Made by a program: the position numbers and the translations under genes. Shown in pieces: positions 8,813 to 18,287 of a DNA stretch of 64,000 bases. Positions within the stretch are counted from its first letter, which is position 1. The number at the start of each line of letters is the position of its first letter. The stretch is from Candidatus Gottesmanbacteria bacterium (GTDB lineage Bacteria > Patescibacteriota > Microgenomatia > UBA10105 > UBA927), in the NCBI GenBank assembly GCA_963714095.1, contig OY970230.1, positions 6,206-70,205 on the forward strand. Direction: 5' to 3'. The notes beneath the pieces were generated by a model. It was not told where the DNA came from, made no database searches, and saw nothing but the letters and a program-made list of their open reading frames with translations.

Positions 8813-9810
8813 TCTTTGTGGACTCTGTCGTATGTGATGGCAAGAAGGTTTTCGATAAACCGGTCATATGTCCAGCCGAACGCATAGACGGAAGCAAGCG
8901 TCGCGTCCTGTTTATCGTAATAATTGATGCTTGGATTCATATTGACATCAATAATAAACGGAATTCCCTTTTCGTTGACTCTCATATCAAACCGCGCAAT
9001 GTCACGGCACATGAATGTCCGGTATGCCCGCAGTGCCAGCGTTTTTATTTTAGCCTGAAGTACGTGCGGAATTTTTGCAGGTGCCAAGACGCGTGCGTCT
9101 GCGTATTCCCATGTTTGTTTCGCCCATTTTGCATCATACGTATAGACGTTCCAGTGGTTTGTAAACTTTCCTTTGAACCGTATTTCGCAGTATGGTAATA
9201 CAATGACTCCCCTTCCGTTTCCGATAACTGTGACATGTATTTCCCGTCCGCTGACAAACTCTTCTGCAATTACTTCACCCGGATATTCGTGAATAAGGGA
9301 TTGTATTTGGGCCGCGAAATTTTTTACATTCGTGACAACCGATTGTTGTGAAATGCCGATACCTGCATGCTGATGGGACGGCTTTATCATGACGGGAAAC
9401 CGCAATGTTGCCGGATCAATGCGTTTTGAATGCGCGGAAAATATTTTAAAGCGCGGCGTATTAATATGTTTTTTTACCATCTCACGCTTCACGGGAGATT
9501 TTTCTATAGCGAATTTGAGTCCTGAGAGATCATGACCGAATTGTGCACGGTGTAATTTTTCCAATCCCTGGGCAATTTTTTCATAGAGGGTCCACTGCTC
9601 ATCCTCGACGAAATTAAACACAATATCCCCGGGTATGTGCAGTGCCTTGAGCCAATTTTGACCCGTGACACTCATTGTCGCGACGGTGTGGCCAGTGCGC
9701 TTAAGCGATTTTTCGATTCCCCTGACCCCGTCGAGTGTGTCCTCGTCGTCTTCATGCGTTCCGACATAATAGAGAATGGCAACGGAAAGTTTAGTATTTT
9801 TATATGTCAC
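8782..9810 (-). CDS. ATP-grasp enzyme, D-alanine--D-alanine ligase-like family
   Basis: ATP-grasp layout with Gly-rich GIGISQQ and EEFVSGREIHV, an N-terminal Ddl-like pre-ATP-grasp region, and a C-terminal DVNMNP (Mg-binding Asn/Asp). Confidence 0.55.
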   Translation of the reverse strand: MTYKNTKLSVAILYYVGTHEDDEDTLDGVRGIEKSLKRTGHTVATMSVTGQNWLKALHIPGDIVFNFVEDEQWTLYEKIAQGLEKLHRAQFGHDLSGLKFAIEKSPVKREMVKKHINTPRFKIFSAHSKRIDPATLRFPVMIKPSHQHAGIGISQQSVVTNVKNFAAQIQSLIHEYPGEVIAEEFVSGREIHVTVIGNGRGVIVLPYCEIRFKGKFTNHWNVYTYDAKWAKQTWEYADARVLAPAKIPHVLQAKIKTLALRAYRTFMCRDIARFDMRVNEKGIPFIIDVNMNPSINYYDKQDATLASVYAFGWTYDRFIENLLAITYDRVHKDQLKDKRLRK

Positions 9811-9860
9811 GGTGAAGCGATTATATCAGAGAAGAAAGAAGAGACAAGATGACTCTTTGT

Positions 9861-12800
9861 CTACCAGCACCACCACAGGAAACATGTTTTCTTCGGAGCG
9901 GGTGTCGGTGTAGGAATGGGTTGAGTATAATTCGTTACGGGAGATTCGACGGGAACTGGTTGCGTTGTATTTACGACAGGTGCTTGACTGGGGGCCTCCT
10001 GCGTTGTATTTACGACAGGTGCTTGACTGGGAGCGGCCTGCACCGTATTAACTTTTGTCGTTTTTTTAACTGTTTTTTTAGGAACCGGAAGAGGTACAGC
10101 GTATGGTTTTTGAGAACCATTCTCATAAAAAGGAACTGCTTTTGAAACGAATCTTGCCTGAGTATTCACGAGCATACTATTACTCCAGGAGCCGGGCATG
10201 CAGCCGTTTTGACCGCGGACTTTAAAGTAATACGTCGTTTTGGCCTTCAGCAGTTGCACGGTAAAGTTTTGGACTCCGTCTGTGCCCAGCGTAATTTGGG
10301 CACCATGTTCTTCAGCTGATGGATTCGTAGAGTAACTTATATAGAATATGTTGGTATTGGAGATTGGGGTGAAAAAAAGCTTTGCCGTTGTTTTGTTTGC
10401 GTTGATTTGGAAAAGGTCAGGTGCAGTCGCGGGACGCGCGTCACCGCAGACAGGAGCGGAAGGTTGGGGGTTTGAAACGTTTGAGTTCGGACCAGGCGGA
10501 GGAGGAACTAGGGTTAAAAAACTCCCCTCGTCGCCGACGACCTCCGGAGATCCGTGCGAAACAGGACGGTAATAATATGTGGTTCCCGATGAAAGGCCGT
10601 TGATTGTCACGGAGTGCGAAGTAACTTTAGGAGAATCATCTGTTTCTCCTGTAGAGTTTGCGTACCCGTAGTTTGGGGCAACATCCAGGGAAGGATGTGA
10701 GACGGTATCGTAAATGACCCTACTGGTACTGGGATGGTCAGTATCCCACGTAATTGTGACGCTCGTTTGGTCAGGGGGAGTATTGGTTTGATTTGTAATG
10801 ACTGGAGGCGGATTTACCGTAATCGTAACAGTGGCAATATTGCTGTCGTCTGTTCCATCGTTGGCTTTGAACGTAAATGAGTCCGGACCGAGATAATCTA
10901 CATTGGGAGTGTAGGTAATTTGGTTATCCGTGATATCACTTAACGTTCCGTTCACCGTACCAGAAACAGTAGAAAATGTAAGCGGATCCCCATTAATGTC
11001 GCTTGCCGAAAGATCAATGGTAATTGGGTTATTTATTTGGGTAAAAACAGTGTCATCATCAGCCACAGGCGGAGTGTTAACGTCGTTTATTGTTATTGAA
11101 ACAGTAGATGTATTACTGTCATACGTTCCGTCGTTTGCTTTAAAGGTAAATGAATCACTGCCGAAATAATGCGCGTTCGGTGTGTATGTAACCTGGTTGC
11201 CCGAAATAGTTCCCAGAGTACCGTTTGTCGGGCCTGAAACAATAGAATACGTCAGCGTCGTTCCGGGATCGATGTCACTGCCGCCTAGCGTAATTACCAC
11301 AGGCACATCTTTATTGGTACTGGTAGAACCATCAGTTGTCGTGGGAGGATGATCTAATCCATTTAGAGCATTATATGCGTCTATTCGTTTTCCCGTGACC
11401 GTTTTTCCGCTAAGGGCGGCTATTGAATCACCGGTTTGTAAAATTCTGTCTTTTACCTGGGCCCATGTTAAATCCGGTTGATATTCCCAAAGTAAGGCGG
11501 CCAGTCCGGCCACATGCGGCGCTGCCATAGAGGTACCATCCTTGAAACCGTATTGTTCATCGGATCCGTCACCGAATTTAGAAACGCTTATATCGTCAAC
11601 GATACAGCCAAGATACGCATTGTCTGACGAATTCGTTACCCAGCGGAGTCTGAATTGAAAATTTCCCGTTAGATATTGACTTGGAATACTGACATCCTCA
11701 AAAAAATACGACGGGAAACCGCCGGGATCGGTGAAGCCGTTTAAGAGGTCCAAAAAGGGCTGATTCCATTGAAAATCCTGACCGGTGTACGGATCAATTG
11801 CAGGGGAGAAATTAATGCCGTCAGAACTATATTCAAGTTCCATGTAATCGTTCCAGCTGCTCAGAGTATATTCCGTGTTGCATGCGGTATCGAAGCTGAT
11901 AGTTGCGCCGTTTGCACCGGAGAGATTGTATTGGGCGGAAGTAACATTCGTATCTGCGTTGTTGGCGTAATCATAAGGCGCGCTCAGCGACGCAAGATCT
12001 CCTATCAGAACATTTCCCGCGCCGGCGCCGTCGTATACGGTACCCCAATTATTTCCGGATCCCCCTTTTGTCCATCCGCCCGGAATAGCCGGTGTTGTAA
12101 CTTCTTCAAATGTTTCGTCTAACATTGTTGAATCGGCTAATGTGCTGTAAATATTTGTTCCGGGTGCGCCGACATCTATGGTGCTAGCACCGTAATTTGA
12201 AAAAGATGCCAGCGCATCATTCTGATCTGTCGCGGCGACTGAAATAACATTCGATAAATTGTCGCTTGCCGGATACATCGGCTCATTCTGGCTTGTACAA
12301 CCATTTAACGTATAGCTGGATGCATCGCCGCAATTTCCAGCAGAAGAAATGAATAAACCATTAAAGTTGCTTATGGCAGTTTCTAGGACTGGATCATCTG
12401 TCGTTGATCCCCAACTTGCGTTGATGATTTTGGCACCGTTATTTTGTGCAAAACTGATGGCTTTTACTATTTCGGCGGTTGTCAAACTTGACTTGAGAGC
12501 CATGATTTGCGTATTGGGCGCCACTCCGATAATTCCTTTGTTGTTATTTATCGCTGCGGCGATAGTTCCTGCTATATGTGTTCCGTGAGAAGAGCTGTCG
12601 GGCAGAGGTATTTTATCGTTGTCTTCAAAATCATACCCATGGAGGCAACCACCGAGAGCCGCGCCGTTCTCGTCTACACAGTTTGTTCCGTCCCACATAT
12701 TGGCGGCCAAATCAGGATGGTTGTATGCCACGCCGGAGTCAATAATTGCGACAATAATAGATCCGCTCCCCGTACTTATAGCCCATGCTTCAGGAGCATT

Positions 12801-13505
12801 AATATCCGCGTTGGCAGTTCCTGCAGTCCCATTGACTGTTTGACCGGTATTGTCCAAACCCCACAGCAGATTTCTATAGGTATCATTTGTTCCTATATCC
12901 GCCGGTGTATATATGTAGTTTGGCTGTACCGACTCTACGTCCGGGTCTGACTTTAACTCCGTCACCAGCTCATCTGTCGTTTTTCCCGATTGAAATACCT
13001 GCGTATTGGAATTTTGTATCTCATCTTTTTTTTGCAAAGAATAGTGCAATCCGAATACTAATGACTGTGCTTTTCCGAACAAACTTTTAATATCAAGTTT
13101 ATCTTTTTTAAACCGCACAATTGCCTCCCCGGGAACGTAATTGAGCTTTTGAGGCCGTGAGTAATTGTGAATTTTAGCATTCAGGTTTGAGTTCAAATGC
13201 ATTAGACCTTTGGATGTAATAGTTGATGAGGATGAGGCAATTGTGGCAGAGGGAGATGCCGGTGAAGGAGACGGGGAATTTATAGGAGGCACAAATATTT
13301 TTGATGATATCGAGGCATATTGGAACGTTGGGCCTATTAATTCTTGGGCATGCCCGGCGGCAGTAAAACTGAATATAAATATGAAGATTATGAAAAAGAG
13401 AACAGGAAGGTAAAAGAATGATTTTCGCTTCCAGAATTTTTTCTCTCCGCTTAACCGTATGTGATTCATGGGTATGTTTGAGTAACAATAAATCCTATAA
13501 TACAA
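9861..13505 (-). CDS. Large secreted subtilisin-like serine protease (peptidase S8) with tandem cadherin-like/Big domains, two FN3-like domains and a Pro/Thr-rich tail
   Basis: Signal peptide, then the S8 triad motifs VAIIDSGV (Asp), HGTHIAGTIAA (His) and GTSMAAPHVAGLAALL (Ser). Two about 95-aa repeats containing DDD/ANDGT motifs, two FN3-like units, and a C-terminal PT-rich low-complexity region ending CFLWWCW. Start may be the internal Met at 13469. Confidence 0.8.
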   Translation of the reverse strand: MYYRIYCYSNIPMNHIRLSGEKKFWKRKSFFYLPVLFFIIFIFIFSFTAAGHAQELIGPTFQYASISSKIFVPPINSPSPSPASPSATIASSSSTITSKGLMHLNSNLNAKIHNYSRPQKLNYVPGEAIVRFKKDKLDIKSLFGKAQSLVFGLHYSLQKKDEIQNSNTQVFQSGKTTDELVTELKSDPDVESVQPNYIYTPADIGTNDTYRNLLWGLDNTGQTVNGTAGTANADINAPEAWAISTGSGSIIVAIIDSGVAYNHPDLAANMWDGTNCVDENGAALGGCLHGYDFEDNDKIPLPDSSSHGTHIAGTIAAAINNNKGIIGVAPNTQIMALKSSLTTAEIVKAISFAQNNGAKIINASWGSTTDDPVLETAISNFNGLFISSAGNCGDASSYTLNGCTSQNEPMYPASDNLSNVISVAATDQNDALASFSNYGASTIDVGAPGTNIYSTLADSTMLDETFEEVTTPAIPGGWTKGGSGNNWGTVYDGAGAGNVLIGDLASLSAPYDYANNADTNVTSAQYNLSGANGATISFDTACNTEYTLSSWNDYMELEYSSDGINFSPAIDPYTGQDFQWNQPFLDLLNGFTDPGGFPSYFFEDVSIPSQYLTGNFQFRLRWVTNSSDNAYLGCIVDDISVSKFGDGSDEQYGFKDGTSMAAPHVAGLAALLWEYQPDLTWAQVKDRILQTGDSIAALSGKTVTGKRIDAYNALNGLDHPPTTTDGSTSTNKDVPVVITLGGSDIDPGTTLTYSIVSGPTNGTLGTISGNQVTYTPNAHYFGSDSFTFKANDGTYDSNTSTVSITINDVNTPPVADDDTVFTQINNPITIDLSASDINGDPLTFSTVSGTVNGTLSDITDNQITYTPNVDYLGPDSFTFKANDGTDDSNIATVTITVNPPPVITNQTNTPPDQTSVTITWDTDHPSTSRVIYDTVSHPSLDVAPNYGYANSTGETDDSPKVTSHSVTINGLSSGTTYYYRPVSHGSPEVVGDEGSFLTLVPPPPGPNSNVSNPQPSAPVCGDARPATAPDLFQINANKTTAKLFFTPISNTNIFYISYSTNPSAEEHGAQITLGTDGVQNFTVQLLKAKTTYYFKVRGQNGCMPGSWSNSMLVNTQARFVSKAVPFYENGSQKPYAVPLPVPKKTVKKTTKVNTVQAAPSQAPVVNTTQEAPSQAPVVNTTQPVPVESPVTNYTQPIPTPTPAPKKTCFLWWCW
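9960..10037. repeat. 39-bp tandem repeat (2 copies) inside the protease gene, encoding APSQAPVVNTTQE repeats
   Basis: tgcgttgtatttacgacaggtgcttgactggg + 7 nt, repeated at 9960 and 9999. Confidence 0.7.
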
Positions 13506-13567
13506 ATCAGCAGAATTTTTAACTACTCCTAATTAGAGTATAATGAATACATTCTTACTTTAGCAAT

Positions 13568-13843
13568 ATGAGTACTCGGTTAAAAGGTATAACAATCATT
13601 TTGGTAGCCTTGCTGATACTCGTTGTGCTGATTGTTCTGTATCTTAAAACAGAACGGGTTACTCAGACTCAGTTCCTTTTTACAAGCCCTACCCCTTCCC
13701 CGGCGCTCTTTCTGAAAAAACCAGCAGGTGAGCGAGTTATATGTACTGCGGATGTTAAACGGTGTCTGGACGGCACGTATGTCGGCAGAGTGGCCCCCTA
13801 TTGCACATTTGCCCCCTGTCCAAGAGTGACAACTATTCAGTGA
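13568..13843 (+). CDS. Small membrane-anchored Cys-rich hypothetical protein
   Basis: N-terminal TM (ITIILVALLILVVLIVLYL), C-terminal region with 5 Cys. Confidence 0.35.
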   Translation: MSTRLKGITIILVALLILVVLIVLYLKTERVTQTQFLFTSPTPSPALFLKKPAGERVICTADVKRCLDGTYVGRVAPYCTFAPCPRVTTIQ

Positions 13844-13949
13844 TTGAAAATACAAAGTACGTTGATCAAAGAGGGGTGTGATGACAACAGACGTAAAACT
13901 ATCGTATAATATCAAACAGAAAAGCGCTAAAAAGGCTTTTAATTGTTTT

Positions 13950-14022
13950 GCCGAGATGGCCGAGGTAGTCAAGGCGCATGTCTGAAAAACATGTTATCTG
14001 GGTGCAACTCCTAGTCTCGGCA
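13950..14022 (+). tRNA. tRNA-Phe (anticodon GAA)
   Basis: 7-bp acceptor GCCGAGA/TCTCGGC, anticodon stem CATGT/ACATG with loop CTGAAAA, T-stem CTGGG/CCTAG. The T-loop TGCAACT is atypical (G55). Confidence 0.6.
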
Positions 14023-14026
14023 CAGC

Positions 14027-14098
14027 GCGGCGTTAGTTCACCGGTAGAATGTCTCCTTGCCAAGGAGAAGGTAACGGGTTCAATTCCCGTACGCCGCT
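14027..14098 (+). tRNA. tRNA-Gly (anticodon GCC)
   Basis: GCGGCGT TA GTTC ACCGGTA GAAT..., anticodon loop TTGCCAA, T-loop TTCAATT. Confidence 0.8.
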
Positions 14099-14119
14099 CA
14101 AAATAAAACCTCTTCATTT

Positions 14120-14192
14120 GGGAGATCGTTCAATGGTAGGACACAAGACTTTGGATCTTGGAATCTAGGTTCGAATCCTAGTCTCCCAGCCA
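14120..14192 (+). tRNA. tRNA-Gln (anticodon TTG), CCA encoded
   Basis: GGGAGAT..., anticodon loop CTTTGGA, T-loop TTCGAAT, 3' GCCA. Confidence 0.8.
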
Positions 14193-14209
14193 CGTTTTAA
14201 AAACGTCGT

Positions 14210-14968
14210 ATGACAACAAATTTTTACGATAAAGTTGCTCAAAAATTCGGGGGTTATGGATACGGAACTGGGCCACTCTATAAAAGTGTATATCCGGTTG
14301 GTGATCCTGAAAAGGTTTTTAAGGAAAAGCTTTTACGATTGAGTTCAAAAGAGAAAGTAGCATTAGATATTGGCTGTGCTGATGGCAAATTTACTCTCTC
14401 CGTTGCTCCTTTTTGCAAAAAAGTATATGGAATTGACACTTCAAAAGTAAATTTAGATATAGCAAAAAGTTTCAATGAAGATCCAAGAAGTAAAAATGTT
14501 GAATATTCTTTACAAGATGCAAACCATACTTCGTTTGAGGACTTTTTTTTCGATATTGCATATTGTAGAAGAGGACCAACTTACTACGAAGAATATTACA
14601 GGATTCTTAAAACCAACGGGTATTATCTTGAGATTGGGATAGGAGAGATGGATACAGTAGAGCTCAAAAAAATATTTGGCAGAGGGCAAAATTATGGAAA
14701 ATGGGATACTTCAACGTTGGATAAAAATGTAAAAGAGCTTCAAGAATTAGGATTTCAGGTTGTTTTTGCAGAGAATTATCATTATTTTGAATATTACCCT
14801 TCGTATGAAGATTTTGATTTATTTTTACAGGGCGTTCCTATTTTTGAAGATTTTGATTCAGAAAAGGATAAAGTAGTTTTACAAAAATATGTTAAAGAAT
14901 TTTCAACTGACAAAGGTATTCAGCTTTCACGACACCGAGTAGTAATGGTAGTGCGTAAAGTTAGTTAG
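14210..14968 (+). CDS. Class I SAM-dependent methyltransferase
   Basis: Motif I ALDIGCADGKF. Markedly AT-rich. Sits 18 nt downstream of the tRNA-Gln 3' end. Confidence 0.6.
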   Translation: MTTNFYDKVAQKFGGYGYGTGPLYKSVYPVGDPEKVFKEKLLRLSSKEKVALDIGCADGKFTLSVAPFCKKVYGIDTSKVNLDIAKSFNEDPRSKNVEYSLQDANHTSFEDFFFDIAYCRRGPTYYEEYYRILKTNGYYLEIGIGEMDTVELKKIFGRGQNYGKWDTSTLDKNVKELQELGFQVVFAENYHYFEYYPSYEDFDLFLQGVPIFEDFDSEKDKVVLQKYVKEFSTDKGIQLSRHRVVMVVRKVS

Positions 14969-15041
14969 GTAATTTTCGTAATACGTTCCGACGTAGTCCA
15001 ATAGTGCCGGCATTTGTTATACTAATACAGAAGGAGGGCAT

Positions 15042-15491
15042 ATGATGAAATGGATACGTAAGATTCAGTGGGGAAAAGTGCTTCTGGTCGGTCTTCTGTA
15101 TACGATTATCGCCACCGTTGTCCGGCAGGTGGAAATCATCTGGACTATGAAATACTACACGATGCCGCAGTCTTTGGGCGTCTGGAGTAAATTCATGATG
15201 CCGACAGCCGGTCCGCCGCCGCCGGAATTTATGATTACTTCGACCATCCTCACATTTATGAGCGGTATGGCCCTTGCGATTATCTATTATTATCTGAAAG
15301 ACTATTTACCGAAGGGCTTCTGGAGGCGGTCAACATTTTTTGCAGACGTTTTGGTTTCCACCTCCTTTGTGTTTTTTACCCTGCCGGTTTATCTTCTCTT
15401 TAACGTGCCGGCAGCGCTGTTGGGGTATTGGTTTGTCAGCACATTTGTTATTTTACTGTTGACGTCCCTACTGATCGTAAGGATTGCGTAG
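15042..15491 (+). CDS. Hypothetical polytopic membrane protein
   Basis: 149 aa, about 4 TM segments. Confidence 0.4.
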   Translation: MMKWIRKIQWGKVLLVGLLYTIIATVVRQVEIIWTMKYYTMPQSLGVWSKFMMPTAGPPPPEFMITSTILTFMSGMALAIIYYYLKDYLPKGFWRRSTFFADVLVSTSFVFFTLPVYLLFNVPAALLGYWFVSTFVILLLTSLLIVRIA

Positions 15492-15719
15492 TTGAGACGG
15501 GAAGGCAGTCTGACGATGATAGATTTTTGGTATTTTGTTCCGAAATCCGGGATAGCCTTTATTTTTATCAGCGTTCTCCTTATCTCCCTATGGAATGGAG
15601 ACAAGGGAACACTTCCGTACCCGTATGTCTGGATTTTTGTTGCCGAAATCACCCTATTTTTTCTTTGTTTCCTCATTGCCGACCGGGAGAGCGATACAAA
15701 GCGGAAAAAACGTGGATAA
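15492..15719 (+). CDS. Small hypothetical membrane protein
   Basis: 75 aa, two hydrophobic helices. Begins directly after the stop of the previous gene. Confidence 0.3.
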   Translation: MRREGSLTMIDFWYFVPKSGIAFIFISVLLISLWNGDKGTLPYPYVWIFVAEITLFFLCFLIADRESDTKRKKRG

Positions 15720-15724
15720 CACAT

Positions 15725-16967
15725 CTATGTTCCGCTTGATGCTTCGTGGGAATACGTGCGTATTTGCGGAATTGTAACCGCGATAATGCCAACGACAATC
15801 AGTGTCCCCAATCCCCCGATGGCAACGGAGAGCGGTCCGCCGACGGCAGATGCCAACAAGCCCGCCTCAAATTCGCCAAGCTGCGGTCCCCCGACATAAA
15901 AAATCATATTAACGGAGGTCATCCTGCCCCGGATATAATCCGGCGTCACGAGATTTCGTATAACAGTGCGGATAATGGAACTGACACTGTCCCCGACACC
16001 GACCATAAACAACGCGAAAAATGAGAGCGCGAACAGTGTGGAATACGCAAAAACTATGGTTGCAAGACCATAAACTGATACTGCAATCAGCAGTACTCTT
16101 CCTTGCTTTTTAATAGTACCGGCATGCGCAATCAAAAATCCTGCGAGGACTGCGCCGATCGCTTGTGCGCTGTAAAGAAATCCGTATCCGACAGGGCCCA
16201 CGTGCAGGATACTGTGGGCATAAATGGGCAGCAGTGCCGTCGCCGATGCAAAAAACGTGCTGAAAAAATCAAGAAGCATTGTAGACCAGATCATGACTTT
16301 GCTTTTTACAAACACCAGACCTTCCCACATAGCCTTAAGTGATACAGGGGCACTGGCGCCCTCGATTTCTCCGCTTGTATGCATGAGAAGCAGCGCGCCG
16401 ATTACCGCAAAAAATGATATGGCATTGAGAAGGTACGCGCCCCCGACGCCCAGTCCGGCGATAACAAAACCCGCAAGAGCTGGACCGGCAACCTGAGAGG
16501 CCTGAAACATAATCGTATTTAAGCTCATAGCATTAGGAATATGCTGGCGCCTCACGAGGTTTGGGATGAGCGCCTGCCGCGGGGGTGAGTCAAATGAAAG
16601 AGCAATGCCGGAAAGCGCAGTTATCGTGTAAATAATGAATTGGTTTACCGTATGATTGAGCGTGGTTACGGCCAGAATCAGCGATAATAGCGAGGGACGT
16701 TTGTGTTATAAGAAGTACTTTTTTTCTGTTATGCGCGTCAGCGACACTTCCGCCTACGAGTGCAAATATGCCAACAGGGATAAACCGGGCAAGCCCTACG
16801 AGTCCGAGAGCAACGGCTGAATGGGTCAGCACATAAATATGCCAGTTAACGGCGGCAAACTGCATCTGCGACCCGATATTGGATATTAAGAGCGCTATCC
16901 ACAACAGCCGGAAATCGCGGTATTGCAGTGCGGGAAATTTTGAGCCGTTTATTTTGCCATTATCCAT
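15725..16967 (-). pseudogene. MFS transporter (EntS/MFS_3-like) interrupted by a frameshift near 16670-16695
   Basis: The N-terminal ORF (16590-16967) and the C-terminal ORF (15725-16555) are both MFS-like. The shifted frame reads continuously through ...LSLILAVTTLNHTVNQFIIYTITALSGIALSFDSPPRQALIPNLVRRQHIPNAMSLNT, joining the two. An in-frame TAA lies just upstream of the junction in the second frame. Confidence 0.6.
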
Positions 16968-17008
16968 AGGAATGAGTATATCATTAAATAAAACGCAACC
17001 TTGCGCTC

Positions 17009-18274
17009 ATGAAGAAAACGTGCAATCGTATAATGAGGAAGCTTTCTATGAAGAAAAAATTTGCGGGGATTGGTCTGTGGATGAAGGGTCTTTCCCGGAC
17101 GAAAAAGGCATTTCTGGGGTTGGGTCTTCTTCTTGTTGTATTTATCGTGTATAAGGCGATTAAGGGAAATCAACCGCAGTATACGTTTGATACCGTGACC
17201 CGGGGAACGATTACGGAAGTGGTGACGGAAACCGGAAACGTCGCAGTATCAGGGGAATATGATATCCCTTCCCCCACTACAGGAATCCTTGCTGAAATTT
17301 ATGTGAAAAACGGGGACAGTGTGGCGTCTGGTGCTAAACTCTTTAAAGTGACAAGTACCGCAACGCCTCAACAAAAACAGGCGGCGTTTTCCGCGTATCT
17401 TGCTGCCAAAAGTCAGCTGGACGCGGCTAATGCAGTGCTTTTTAGTCTGCAGTCCGCGATGTACAGTGCGTGGAAAGTGTATACGGATATTGCGGAAAAT
17501 TCTACCTATCAGAATCCCGATGACAGCCCCAACACCGGAAACCGGGTGTTGACGCCCTTTACGACGGCGCAGGATGACTGGCTCGCGGCGGAGGCAAACT
17601 ACAAAAATCAACAGAGCGTGATAGCAAGTGCCCGGGCAGCCGCGACCAACGCGTACACCGCCTACGAGGCAACGCAGGATACGGTTGTAACCGCGCCGGT
17701 ATCAGGCACTGTGCACAATCTAGACGGCGTTGTGGGGACGCTGGTGAGTGCTGTCCCTCAGGTTATCGGCGGGGCTGCCGCGCCGGTTTCAATCATTTCC
17801 ACAGGCCAGACTCTTACCGTGGAGGCGGCCGTTAATGAAGTTGATATCAATAAAATTAAAGTTGGAGATACTACCACCATTACGTTTGACGCAATTTTAG
17901 ACAAAACCTTTACCGGGAAAATTATTCAGGCCGATGAATACGGGACCAATGTCGCGGGGGTTGTTAATTACAATATATTCGCCTCCGTGGATGACGGGAC
18001 CGATCTTATTAAACCGGGTATGACCGCAAACCTTTCTATTACTACGGACAGGCATGAAAATGTACTGACCGTCGTCAACGCCGCAATACGCCCCTACCAG
18101 GGTGTCAAGGCGATACAGACGATCGATAAAAACGGTAAACCGGTATTTGTCAAAGTAGCCACGGGAATAAAGGGGGCAGACCGCACAGAGCTGGTTACCG
18201 GCGCGACTGCAGGGGAAAAAGTTATCCTGGGAGCTACATCAACTACATCGCCCCCGTCGCTCACCGGAAATTAA
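17009..18274 (+). CDS. Efflux periplasmic adaptor subunit (HlyD/MacA family)
   Basis: N-terminal TM anchor, long alanine-rich coiled-coil, C-terminal beta-barrel segments. Immediately upstream of MacB-like ABC genes. Exact start ambiguous (several Met). Confidence 0.65.
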   Translation: MKKTCNRIMRKLSMKKKFAGIGLWMKGLSRTKKAFLGLGLLLVVFIVYKAIKGNQPQYTFDTVTRGTITEVVTETGNVAVSGEYDIPSPTTGILAEIYVKNGDSVASGAKLFKVTSTATPQQKQAAFSAYLAAKSQLDAANAVLFSLQSAMYSAWKVYTDIAENSTYQNPDDSPNTGNRVLTPFTTAQDDWLAAEANYKNQQSVIASARAAATNAYTAYEATQDTVVTAPVSGTVHNLDGVVGTLVSAVPQVIGGAAAPVSIISTGQTLTVEAAVNEVDINKIKVGDTTTITFDAILDKTFTGKIIQADEYGTNVAGVVNYNIFASVDDGTDLIKPGMTANLSITTDRHENVLTVVNAAIRPYQGVKAIQTIDKNGKPVFVKVATGIKGADRTELVTGATAGEKVILGATSTTSPPSLTGN

Positions 18275-18287
18275 GGGAGCCGTATGC

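Noticed and set aside
13950-14022. First impression that this tRNA was a type II (Ser/Leu-like) tRNA, or a non-tRNA, because of a Ser-like D-arm
   Set aside because: Full cloverleaf accounting gives a 73-nt class I tRNA with anticodon GAA (Phe). It has an atypical T-loop only.
13899-14117. ORF-track CDS 13899-14117 (-)
   Set aside because: Overlaps tRNA-Phe and tRNA-Gly(GCC) on the opposite strand. Not a gene.
15389-15777. Overlapping small ORFs 15389-15724 (-), 15428-15739 (+), 15595-15777 (+) around the MFS 3' end
   Set aside because: Mutually overlapping with low-complexity translations. Only the two plus-strand membrane ORFs (15042-15491, 15492-15719) have plausible TM architecture.
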